Assembly (NCBI GenBank): GCA_040879965.1
Contig: JBBDJI010000007.1
Coordinates: 29,393-93,392 of the forward strand
Direction of reading: 5' to 3'
From: Candidatus Babeliales bacterium
GTDB lineage: Bacteria; Babelota; Babeliae; Babelales; JACPOV01
Length of the DNA stretch: 64,000 nt
Position numbers and translations under genes: made by a program. The notes under the pieces are model-generated. The model had not been told where the DNA came from and searched no databases. It saw nothing but the letters and a program-made list of their open reading frames with translations. Below, piece after piece: positions 1 to 8,038 of the stretch (within the stretch, counting starts at the first letter, position 1; the number at the start of each line of letters is the position of its first letter).

Positions 1-198
1 TTTTCTAATTTTTATACTGATTTTTTTGATAACCCGGCATGGGATTATGTCAGGTTAAAAGCACAAAAAAAAGCGATAGAAATACGCAGTCAAGGATGGT
101 CTGGCCCTGCCATGTTGCCTTATCAAGAATTAGAATACAGTGGTTTTAAAGATACACTTCAAATGCTTTTGAAAGAATTCAAAATAATCAAATCAAAA
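1..198 (+). CDS. 3' end of an upstream gene (partial; C-terminal 65 aa ...NPAWDYVRLKAQKKAIEIRSQGWSGPAMLPYQELEYSGFKDTLQMLLKEFKIIKSKG*). Function unknown.
   Basis: Open frame 1 runs from the window edge to a TAA at 196-198. No start is visible inside the window. Confidence 0.3.
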
Positions 199-206
199 GG
201 ATAATA

Positions 207-2228
207 ATGACTCGATTATTTGTCCTTGGAAATCGTTCAATTCTTATTGATCTTGATCGCCATGGGCAAGTGCGTGACTTTTATTATCCATTTGTGGGAC
301 AAGAAAATCATGTGAATAGTCAAATTCACCGGATAGGCTTTTGGATAGAAGGTCAATTTAGTTGGCTTTCATCTACTTCTTGGCAAAAAGAGTTAAGTTA
401 TAAAAAAGATACATTAACAACTAATATTGTTGCAGAAAATAAAGAGCTAAATATTTTAGTCCAATTTAATGATATTGTTGTTCATGATTGTGATATTTTT
501 ATTCGTAAGTTAACTATTTTAAATAAAGCAGATTATGAGCGAGAAATACGTGTATTTTTTCATCAGAAATTTGATATTTTTGAATCAAATATAGGTGATA
601 CGGTTTTTTATAATCCATTCATAAAAGCGATTGTACATTATAAAGGTAAACGCTATTTTTTAGCAAGCGGTCTTTTTGAAGAAAATGGTATTAAACGCGG
701 CATAATGCATTATGCCACCGGTTTGGCTGGAGAATATGGGCGAGAAGGTACTTATGTTGATGCACGGGATGGTCAGTTAAGTGAAAATCCTATTGAGCAT
801 GGCGCAGTCGATTCTACTATTGAATTTTGTATTCCACTTAAGGCAAAAAAAAGTCATGTAATGCATTACTGGCTTTGTGCTGGGAAAGATTTAGGAGAAG
901 TTTCTCAGCTTAATGGCTATATTGAAAAAAGCGGCCCAAGTTTTTTTTGTGAGCGTACTGAAAAATATTGGATAGAATGGGCAAATCGTACACCGTTTAA
1001 ATTTTTTCAATTAAGTGATGATATAATTAACTTATTTAAAAGATCATTACTTGTTATTTCTTCTCATGTTGATCAACATGGCTCTATAATTGCTTCAAGT
1101 GATTCAGATGTATTATTTTATAAGCGGGATACATATAGCTATATGTGGCCGCGCGATGGTGCATTAATTGTTCGTTCATTAGATCGTTCTGGCTATCCAG
1201 AAATAACTGAAAAGTTTTTTCGCTTTTGTTTAAAAGCATTAACACCTTTTGGATATTTGTTTCATAAATATCGTCCTGATGGTTCTTGGGGAAGCTCTTG
1301 GCATTCTTGGGTTGAAGAAGGACACATTCAATTACCAATTCAAGAAGATCAGATTGGCCTTGTGATTGATGCATTGTGGAAACATTGTATCGACAATAAT
1401 AAACCAGAATACATGAAAGATCTTTGCGCTGAATTCGTGCAAAAAGTAGCTGATTTCATGCTTGAGTTTATTGATGAAAAAACTGGTTTGCCTAAAGAAA
1501 GTTATGATGTTTGGGAAGAAAAATTAGGAATTCATACATATACCTGTTGTGCCGTATATGCAGGATTAAAAGCAGCAGCACAGTTCGAAGCATTGTGGGG
1601 CACGCATGAACGAGCTAAGGCATGTGAAGAGCGCGCGGAGATTATTCGTAATACAATCATTAAAGAATTATATGATGAAGAAAAGGGTTATTTTATAAAA
1701 GGTTTATATTATCAAAAAGGGCAATTAAAAAAAAATATGACGAACGATGCAAGTAGTTTTTATGGGGTATTTGAGTTTCATATTTTGCCCGTGGATGATG
1801 AGCGTGTGCGTTCAAGTTATGAATACATGAAAAAAGGATTGAAAAATCAATTTCCTATTGGCGGTTATGCTCGGTATGAAGGTGATAATTATTTCCGAGA
1901 AGAATGTACCGGTGCCGGTAACCCGTGGTTCATTACTACTATGTGGTTAGCAGAATATTATATTGCAAAAGCAAAAAGTCTTGGCGATTTAAAACCGGCA
2001 GTGGAATTATTTGAATGGGTAGTAAAGCGATCATTATCGACGGGTATTCTTCCTGAACAGCTTGAGCCGTGCTCGGGGTTACCATTATCGGTAGCACCAC
2101 TCACCTGGAGCCATGCTGGTTATATTATCGCAATTGTTAAATATTTAGAAAAGTTAGACGATCTTGGTATTTGTGCTATGTGTAGCCCTCCTGGATTAAA
2201 ACGAAAAAAAGGAAATTCAAACCAATGA
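207..2228 (+). CDS. Glycoside hydrolase family 15 protein (glucoamylase/glucodextranase/trehalase-like), cytoplasmic
   Basis: 673-aa ORF with no signal peptide. N-terminal beta-sandwich plus C-terminal (alpha/alpha)6-like region, with GH15-type motifs (YMWPRDGA, WEE..G.H.YT). Its stop overlaps the next start (ATGA at 2225). Confidence 0.6.
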   Translation: MTRLFVLGNRSILIDLDRHGQVRDFYYPFVGQENHVNSQIHRIGFWIEGQFSWLSSTSWQKELSYKKDTLTTNIVAENKELNILVQFNDIVVHDCDIFIRKLTILNKADYEREIRVFFHQKFDIFESNIGDTVFYNPFIKAIVHYKGKRYFLASGLFEENGIKRGIMHYATGLAGEYGREGTYVDARDGQLSENPIEHGAVDSTIEFCIPLKAKKSHVMHYWLCAGKDLGEVSQLNGYIEKSGPSFFCERTEKYWIEWANRTPFKFFQLSDDIINLFKRSLLVISSHVDQHGSIIASSDSDVLFYKRDTYSYMWPRDGALIVRSLDRSGYPEITEKFFRFCLKALTPFGYLFHKYRPDGSWGSSWHSWVEEGHIQLPIQEDQIGLVIDALWKHCIDNNKPEYMKDLCAEFVQKVADFMLEFIDEKTGLPKESYDVWEEKLGIHTYTCCAVYAGLKAAAQFEALWGTHERAKACEERAEIIRNTIIKELYDEEKGYFIKGLYYQKGQLKKNMTNDASSFYGVFEFHILPVDDERVRSSYEYMKKGLKNQFPIGGYARYEGDNYFREECTGAGNPWFITTMWLAEYYIAKAKSLGDLKPAVELFEWVVKRSLSTGILPEQLEPCSGLPLSVAPLTWSHAGYIIAIVKYLEKLDDLGICAMCSPPGLKRKKGNSNQ

Positions 2229-3439
2229 ATATAACGGTATTAAAATTTGGTTGGGAATTTCCGCCACATAATTATGGCGGATTGGGTGTTGCATGCCAAG
2301 GTTTAGTACATGGATTAGTTGAGCAAGGAGTACGCATTTTATTAGTTTTGCCATATCGATTTGAAGGTGAGCAAACTGATTATGATGTACTTTATCCGTA
2401 TGATAATAATTTATTACAAATTAAACGAGTAAAATGTAATTTAATACCATATTTAATAACACGATCGGTATTTGATCAAAAATTGTATGCAGAAAGTAAT
2501 ATTCATTTGTATGGCGCGGATATTTTTGCTGAAGTATATCGTTATGAGCAAGCAGCACGAGACATTGCACGTAATTATGATTTTGATATTATTCATGCAC
2601 ATGACTGGCTTTCAATATTAGCAGGTATCGAAGCAAAACGGGTAAAAAACAAACCACTTATTGTGCATATTCATGCGACTGAATTTGATCGGACGGGTGG
2701 CAATAATTATCATCCAGAAGTCTATGAAATTGAAAAACGTGGCATGATATTGGCCGATCAAGTGATTACGGTAAGCAATAAAACAAAACAGAACATTATT
2801 ACTCATTATGGTATTGATGCAAATAAAATTGAAGTAATTCATCATGGTGTGCCAATTCATGCAGAACGCATTAATGAAATTACGATAGAAAAAAAATCGG
2901 GCCCGATTGTCTTATTTCTTGGACGATTAACATTACAAAAAGGTCCAGATTATTTTGTAGCAGCAGCAAAAAAAGTATTAGAGCATCGCAATGATGTTAC
3001 TTTTGTTATTGCGGGCTCTGGTGATATGGAAAAACGATTAATTGAACAAGTGGCAGCCCTTGGTATAGCTGATAATGTTTTATTTACCGGATTTTTAAAA
3101 GGTAATGAAGCATTAAGAATGTTAAAAATGGCAGATGTTTTTGTAATGCCATCAGTATCAGAGCCATTTGGTTTAGTGGCACTTGAAGCAATAAAAGCAA
3201 GAGCACCAGTTATAGTCTCAAAAAATGCTGGTGTGTGTGAAGTGCTTTCACATTGTTTAACGGTGGATTTTTGGGATATTAATGAATTGGCCAATAAAAT
3301 ATTAGGCGTTTTAGAACATAAGGAATTGCAGAACGAGTTAAATAATAATGCGCAACACAATATTGCGGCATTAACATGGGATAAAGCTGCAAAAAAATGT
3401 ATCAATGTGTATGAACGTGCATTGGCCATTGGGAGGTAA
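2225..3439 (+). CDS. GT4-family retaining glycosyltransferase (alpha-glucan or trehalose synthase-like, TreT/glycogen-synthase-like)
   Basis: 404 aa with the GT-B/GT4 signature EPFGLVALEA near the C-terminus and an HAHDW motif. Translationally coupled to the GH15 gene. Confidence 0.65.
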   Translation: MNITVLKFGWEFPPHNYGGLGVACQGLVHGLVEQGVRILLVLPYRFEGEQTDYDVLYPYDNNLLQIKRVKCNLIPYLITRSVFDQKLYAESNIHLYGADIFAEVYRYEQAARDIARNYDFDIIHAHDWLSILAGIEAKRVKNKPLIVHIHATEFDRTGGNNYHPEVYEIEKRGMILADQVITVSNKTKQNIITHYGIDANKIEVIHHGVPIHAERINEITIEKKSGPIVLFLGRLTLQKGPDYFVAAAKKVLEHRNDVTFVIAGSGDMEKRLIEQVAALGIADNVLFTGFLKGNEALRMLKMADVFVMPSVSEPFGLVALEAIKARAPVIVSKNAGVCEVLSHCLTVDFWDINELANKILGVLEHKELQNELNNNAQHNIAALTWDKAAKKCINVYERALAIGR

Positions 3440-3459
3440 AAAAAAAGGGGAAAAAGAAA

Positions 3460-4629
3460 ATGCTCAGCATATGTTTTTATTTTCAAGTGCATCAGCCATA
3501 TCGTTTACGACGATTTCAAGTTTTTGATGTACGAAATACCAATAATTATTTTGATGAAGAAAAAAATAAAGCAATACTCAATAAAGTAGCGGGTAAATGT
3601 TACCTACCAACAAATCAATTGTTATTAGATTTATGTAAGCACTATCCCGAATTTAAAATTAGTTTTAGTTTTTCAGGTGTTTTATTAGATCAATTACAAG
3701 AATATGCGCCGCAGGTTTTAGAAAGTTTTCAAAAATTGGTTAATACCGGGCAAGTGGAAATATTAGCAGAAACTTATTATCATTCATTATCTTTATTATA
3801 TTCTAAGCAAGAATTCCAGGAACAAATAAAAAAACAACAGCAAAAAATCAAATCATTATTTGATATAAAATCAACTATATTACGCAATACCGAGTTAATT
3901 TATAATAATGAATTAGCATGTATTGCCGAGCAGATGGGTTTTAAAGGAGTATTAATTGAAGGTGCCGATAAAATTTTAGGTTGGCGCTCGCCCAATTTTT
4001 TATACAAAGCAATCGATACAGAAATGCCATTGCTACTTAAAAACTATCGGCTTTCAGATGATATTGCTTTTCGTTTTTCTGACCGCGGTTGGCAAGAGCA
4101 TCCTTTAATGGTTGAAAAGTATGCGCAATGGATTAATGCAACGCACGGCAATGGTAATACCATTAATTTATTTATGGATTACGAAACATTTGGCGAGCAT
4201 CAATGGGAAGATTCTGGCATTTTCAATTTTTTTAGACTCTTGCCAGAAGAAATATTAAAGCATTCTGATAATGAATTTGTATGGCCTTCAGAGTTGGTAC
4301 AAAAATATCAGCCAGTTGATGCGCTCGACATTCCTGATTATGTTTCTTGGGCCGATATCGAGCGTGATGTGAGTGCATGGCTTGGTAATGATTTGCAACA
4401 ATCAGCGATTACGCAGCTTTATGAGCTTGAAAATATTATTAAGCAAAAGGGTGATGAGAATTTACTTAATAATTGGCGTAAGCTGCAAACCTCTGATCAT
4501 TTTTATTATATGTGCACCAAATGGTTTAATGATGGTGATGTACACAAATATTTTAATCCTTATGATAGTCCGTATGAAGGCTTTATCTATTATATGAATG
4601 TGCTTAAAGATCTAAAATCTCGCTTGTAA
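3460..4629 (+). CDS. Glycoside hydrolase family 57 protein (alpha-amylase/branching-enzyme-like catalytic domain)
   Basis: N-terminal FQVHQPYR (GH57 region I HQP motif), a DYETFGEHQWE acid/base-like region, 389 aa. Begins 20 nt after the GT4 gene, with a GGGG RBS. Confidence 0.55.
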   Translation: MLSICFYFQVHQPYRLRRFQVFDVRNTNNYFDEEKNKAILNKVAGKCYLPTNQLLLDLCKHYPEFKISFSFSGVLLDQLQEYAPQVLESFQKLVNTGQVEILAETYYHSLSLLYSKQEFQEQIKKQQQKIKSLFDIKSTILRNTELIYNNELACIAEQMGFKGVLIEGADKILGWRSPNFLYKAIDTEMPLLLKNYRLSDDIAFRFSDRGWQEHPLMVEKYAQWINATHGNGNTINLFMDYETFGEHQWEDSGIFNFFRLLPEEILKHSDNEFVWPSELVQKYQPVDALDIPDYVSWADIERDVSAWLGNDLQQSAITQLYELENIIKQKGDENLLNNWRKLQTSDHFYYMCTKWFNDGDVHKYFNPYDSPYEGFIYYMNVLKDLKSRL

Positions 4630-4707
4630 AAGTAAAATATAAAATCAAATTTATTGCCACTCGATTTTTTCAATTTGTATATTATATAAGATTGGGAGGG
4701 AGAGGCT

Positions 4708-5295
4708 ATGAAAAAATTTTGTATTTATTTTTATTTATTCAATATTCTTTTTGTACAAACTATTTTTCCACTTAAAATTGATCGAGTAATTTTATCTACT
4801 AATGATAATCCGCTTTATATTCAATTCTGGCCGCTTGCAGCGCGTGCATGGCAAGAGATAGTTGGCGTGCGACCAACACTTGCATTAATTGGCAATAATG
4901 AAATTCCTATTGATGAGCAATACGGTGATGTAATTCGATTTACACCAATTGAAGGAGTGCCAACATCTTTGTATGCGCAATGTGTTCGTTTGCTTTTGCC
5001 TTGCTTATTTCCTGCAGATGGCTGTATACTTGCCGATATCGATTTGATTCCATTACAGAAAAAATTTTTCATCGATAAAGTAACCAAAATATCTGATGAT
5101 CGATTTGTTATTTACAAAAGTAGAGCATATTGGTTTTATAAGCCAAGAATTTATATGTGTTATAATGCGGCAAAAGGATCAACTTTTCAAGATATTTTTG
5201 GAGTGACTTCTTATGAAGAAATTCCAGAAATGATAAAGCAATGGGCACAATTAAATATTGGTTGGGCAACCGATGAAATTATGGGGCTGTCCTAG
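4708..5295 (+). CDS. Hypothetical GT-A-like (DXD motif) nucleotide-sugar transferase-like protein. The native C-terminus is replaced by IS insertion.
   Basis: The ORF has a hydrophobic N-terminus and an ILADIDLIPL DXD-like motif. The stop codon TAG lies inside the left inverted repeat of the IS1595-family element. Joining the flanks predicts the original end ...TDEIIVLLFKKVVEV*. Confidence 0.4.
   Translation: MKKFCIYFYLFNILFVQTIFPLKIDRVILSTNDNPLYIQFWPLAARAWQEIVGVRPTLALIGNNEIPIDEQYGDVIRFTPIEGVPTSLYAQCVRLLLPCLFPADGCILADIDLIPLQKKFFIDKVTKISDDRFVIYKSRAYWFYKPRIYMCYNAAKGSTFQDIFGVTSYEEIPEMIKQWAQLNIGWATDEIMGLS
5283..5295. repeat. IS1595-family left terminal inverted repeat GGGGCTGTCCTAG
   Basis: Exact reverse complement is present at 6548-6560. 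Confidence 0.8.
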
Positions 5296-5490
5296 ATAAC
5301 TAAAAAGGTTATACTAGGAAACATGAATATTCGACGTTCAAAATTAAGTAAAAATAAAAGAAGAAAATTATTAGAACATTTTGTTGCAGGAACAACAGCG
5401 AGAACGGCGGCTTCTATTATTGGTGTAAATAAAAATACTGCACAATTATTTTTTCATAAATTACGAGAAATTATAGGTAAAGAACAACTC

Positions 5491-6038
5491 GGCTGCAAGC
5501 AACCGAGCTTTCAAACTACTTTGAGTTGCTTTCCCCATATTTCTTGAGCGTCCATTTTCTTTAGTTGATTTCTAACATATTTCCGAATTACTTCATCATT
5601 CGCGTTACCAATCGTTTCTACAAAAAAACTTTGAGTCCAAAGTTTTCCACCCCAAAAATATTTTTTCCTTATTTCGGGATATAATTTGAAAAAATTTCTT
5701 GCAGATATGCTTTTTATAATCTGCATAATTTTTGATGGACATTGCTTTGGCTCAGATTTTACTATCATATGTATATGATCCGTTGGCACTTCTAATTCTA
5801 CAATCTCAATATTGTAATCATATCCTATTTTGTATATTATTTCCTTCAAATTTGATCTGTATGGTTCTCTAAAAATTTTATGTCTGTATTTTGGAATCCA
5901 TACAAAATGATACATTATACGAAATACGTGATGCGAATTCCTAGTTAGTTCCCTAGCCGGATCCTTCATAATGAGCTTTCGCTCATTATAACGCTATCCA
6001 GCTAGGGAGCAAGCTCCCTAGATTTCCGCTACGCGGTT
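5491..6038 (-). mobile_element. IS200/IS605-family element (IS200 subgroup, tnpA only) inserted inside the IS1595 transposase gene
   Basis: Contains an intact 152-aa Y1/HUH transposase gene on the minus strand. GCAAGC-apex subterminal hairpins lie at both ends (CTCGG-CTGCAAGCAA-CCGAG 5495-5514; AATGAGC-TTTCG-GCTCATT 5976-5993; CTAGGGA-GCAAGC-TCCCTAG 6003-6022). Boundaries are inferred from restoring the IS1595 transposase reading frame (…GKEQL|KKQKSGIVFEG…) and are approximate. Confidence 0.7.
5511..5969 (-). CDS. tnpA: IS200/IS605 family transposase TnpA (Y1 HUH transposase)
   Basis: 152 aa. YHFVWIPKYR N-terminus, HUH motif DHIHMIV, and a C-terminal catalytic-Tyr helix RKYVRNQ. Confidence 0.85.
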   Translation of the reverse strand: MKDPARELTRNSHHVFRIMYHFVWIPKYRHKIFREPYRSNLKEIIYKIGYDYNIEIVELEVPTDHIHMIVKSEPKQCPSKIMQIIKSISARNFFKLYPEIRKKYFWGGKLWTQSFFVETIGNANDEVIRKYVRNQLKKMDAQEIWGKQLKVV

Positions 6039-6547
6039 AAAAAACAAAAATCAGGAATTGTTTTTGAAGGAGAAGTTGAAGCGGATGAAAGCTATTTTGG
6101 AGGAAAAAGAAAAGGAAAACGAGGAAGAGGTTCAGCGGGAAAAGTCCCTGTTTTTGGCCTTTTAAAGCGTGGAGGAAAAGTTTTTGCTGAAATAATACCA
6201 GATGCAAAAAGTAAGACTTTGATTCCTATAATCAAAGAAAAAGTGAGACCCGACTCTATCGTATATACTGACTCATTACCCAGTTACAATGCTCTTGATG
6301 TTTCTGAATTTAAACATCTTCGAATAAATCATAGTAAATTATTTGCTGAAAATCGTAACCATATCAATGGAATTGAAAATTTTTGGAATCAAGCAAAACG
6401 ACACATGCGAAAGTTCAATGGTATACCAAAAAAAAATTTTTATTTATTCTTAAAGGAGTGTGAATGGCGGTTCAATTTTTCATCACCAAAAAAACAAATT
6501 GATATGCTGACTCAGTGGATAAAATCAATAAAATAATTACTTAAAAC

Positions 6548-6560
6548 CTAGGACAGCCCC
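6548..6560. repeat. IS1595-family right terminal inverted repeat
   Basis: CTAGGACAGCCCC, the reverse complement of 5283-5295. Confidence 0.8.
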
Positions 6561-6805
6561 AAAATTATTGTATTGTTATTTAAAAAAGTGGTCGAAGTGT
6601 AAAACGCATATCAAAAAACTTGGATATACTAAATATAAGCATCGACGCATAGATCGAGATAACCAATTAAAATACAAAAAAAAGAAATTATTAAAGCAGT
6701 ATTATGTTGAAATGAATTGTCCAAAGCCATATAATATGCACAAAAATCAAATTGATCCTATTTTTCATTTGGCGTTATTTGCAGCTATACAACGAAGAAA
6801 ATAAG

Positions 6806-6846
6806 TAAAGGAAGGCTTTGCAAACAAGGCTTTCCTTTACTTACTA
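6806..6846. terminator. Putative hairpin terminator for the minus-strand gene 6859-7434
   Basis: 9-bp stem AGTAAAGGA/TCCTTTACT, followed on the minus strand by a T-rich tract. Confidence 0.35.
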
Positions 6847-6858
6847 AGATTAATAATC

Positions 6859-7434
6859 TTAACGTTTTTCCCAACTCATAATTTTTTTGAAAAACCTTAA
6901 TTTTTTCCTAGTATGCCTATCCTTAACTTGCAATTTTGGATAATCAGTTGTAGTTTGACGTTCTTTATCAAAAATATGTATATCATTGGTTCCAAAAATA
7001 AAAGCTGGTTTTATAGAGGGGTAGCTTGTGCGTCCACTTTCAACATCAGAAAAATCTGTATAGCGAGGGTTATAGATCCATTTTGACCAATTGATTTCTT
7101 GTTCAGATAGGTCTTGAAATGTTTTTTCCAAATTTATTAATTTGCCAGTTTCAGAATTATATTTAAAGCAAGGCACATTGCAGGTTGATCTATATAAATA
7201 ATGTAATAAGTATAGCTCTTCTTCTATACATTTTAAGCCATACACTTCAGAGATTAAAAAAACATTATCTTTGCTGGTAATTATTTGATTTATATTATTA
7301 ATAAGCTTACCATTTCTAGGTGTTGTTTTTATCTCTATTTTTTTAGGTATTTCCATAGGAAAAATAGGGAAAGTTATGCTAGTTAAGAATAATAATTTTA
7401 TAAAAGTTAGTTTGCGCATATTTAATAAAATCAC
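6859..7434 (-). CDS. Hypothetical secreted protein
   Basis: 191-aa ORF with a hydrophobic N-terminal signal-like segment (MRKLTFIKLLFLTSITFPIFP). No recognisable domain. Confidence 0.45.
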   Translation of the reverse strand: MILLNMRKLTFIKLLFLTSITFPIFPMEIPKKIEIKTTPRNGKLINNINQIITSKDNVFLISEVYGLKCIEEELYLLHYLYRSTCNVPCFKYNSETGKLINLEKTFQDLSEQEINWSKWIYNPRYTDFSDVESGRTSYPSIKPAFIFGTNDIHIFDKERQTTTDYPKLQVKDRHTRKKLRFFKKIMSWEKR

Positions 7435-7866
7435 TTAATTCCTTTAAGTGGTAAAATAGTTTAAATAAATTTCTATATGATAATAATATGACTATTGAAC
7501 CATGTCAAATATGATTTTTAACTGAATAAATTAAGAATTGTTTTTAAAGTATCAAGTATCGATTTTATTATAGTATTCATAAGAGAATAATGATTGTAAT
7601 TTAAAAGAAGCTGTTTTTTGTATTTTAATTACTCAGTCAATGTTAATAAAAAAACCGGATCATTCAAATTAGATTTGAGAGTGTATAACAATCAATTAAT
7701 ATAACCGAAGAAATACAAGAATGATTTGGTTAGAGTAAAAATTTATAATAAAAGATTGATAGCTTGCATTATATTATTGACGATTTTTATTTATTGTTTG
7801 ATTGTCTTTTTTTTGAGATTATAAAAAATTGCTATTTAGTTTTGTAAAAAATGTTTTTTTTAATAC

Positions 7867-7896
7867 TTGACATTAATTTGATGAATCTGTTACCTT
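7867..7896 (+). promoter_or_regulatory. Sigma70-like promoter (TTGACA-N17/18-TACCTT) aimed at the structured element at 7903
   Basis: -35 TTGACA at 7867-7872 and a -10-like TTACCT/TACCTT at 7890-7896. The -10 is weak. Confidence 0.35.
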
Positions 7897-7902
7897 GAAA
7901 TT

Positions 7903-7998
7903 AAGAGATGGGAGGGTAGTTGAAAGCTTGCTCTCTCATGTGCGCAAGTACATGCGAGGGATATAGGGTTAAACCTATAAGCTTCCATCTCGTTTTTA
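7903..7998 (+). ncRNA. Candidate small structured RNA (~95 nt, unclassified) with its own promoter and an intrinsic terminator-like 3' end
   Basis: GC-rich island in a 600-bp AT-rich intergenic region. A 10-bp closing helix pairs GAGATGGGAG (7905-7914) with CTTCCATCTC (7982-7991). Inside is a 13-bp hairpin capped by a GCAA (GNRA) tetraloop (CTCTCTCATGTGC-GCAA-GTACATGCGAGGG). A second TATAGG/CCTATA hairpin follows, then GTTTTTAT. No plus-strand CDS lies downstream. Confidence 0.4.
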
Positions 7999-8038
7999 TA
8001 GATTAGGGAAGTTTTCTATAAAATTCTTTTTTATTACT

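Larger units (their letters stand above)
5323..6536 (+). pseudogene. IS1595-family transposase split into an N-terminal fragment (5323-5490, then read-through into inserted DNA to a stop at 5547) and a C-terminal DDE fragment (in frame from ~6039 to 6536)
   Basis: N-terminus MNIRRSKLSKNKRRKLLEHFVAGTTARTAASIIGVNKNTAQLFFHKLREII is typical of IS1595/ISXO2 transposases. Downstream, in the same frame, KKQKSGIVFEGEVEADESYFGGKRKGKRGRGSAGKVPVFGLLKRGGKVFAEIIPDAKSKTLIPIIKEK...YTDSLPSYNALD...HINGIENFWNQAKRHMRKFNGIP...LKECEWRFN (DDE domain). The two halves are separated by a ~548-bp IS200-type insertion. Confidence 0.8.
5283..6560 (+). mobile_element. IS1595-family insertion sequence (ISXO2-like) carrying a nested IS200-type insertion. 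Its transposase is disrupted.
   Basis: Terminal inverted repeats GGGGCTGTCCTAG (5283-5295) and CTAGGACAGCCCC (6548-6560). Flanking near-identical 8-bp direct repeats GAAATTAT/AAAATTAT (5275-5282 and 6561-6568). Internal ORFs match IS1595 transposase N- and C-terminal halves. Confidence 0.8.

Noticed and set aside
1084-1374. 96-aa antisense ORF inside the GH15 gene
   Set aside because: Entirely nested opposite a well-supported long CDS, with no RBS or domain. A typical AT-rich shadow ORF.
2618-3492. Antisense ORFs (80 and 180 aa) opposite the GT4 gene
   Set aside because: Nested within a conserved glycosyltransferase CDS. Low-complexity composition.
6568-6804. 78-aa Lys-rich ORF immediately after the IS1595 right end
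   Set aside because: Starts inside the target-site duplication. Highly basic with a random-looking composition. It is what remains of the 3' UTR of gene 4708 after the IS insertion.
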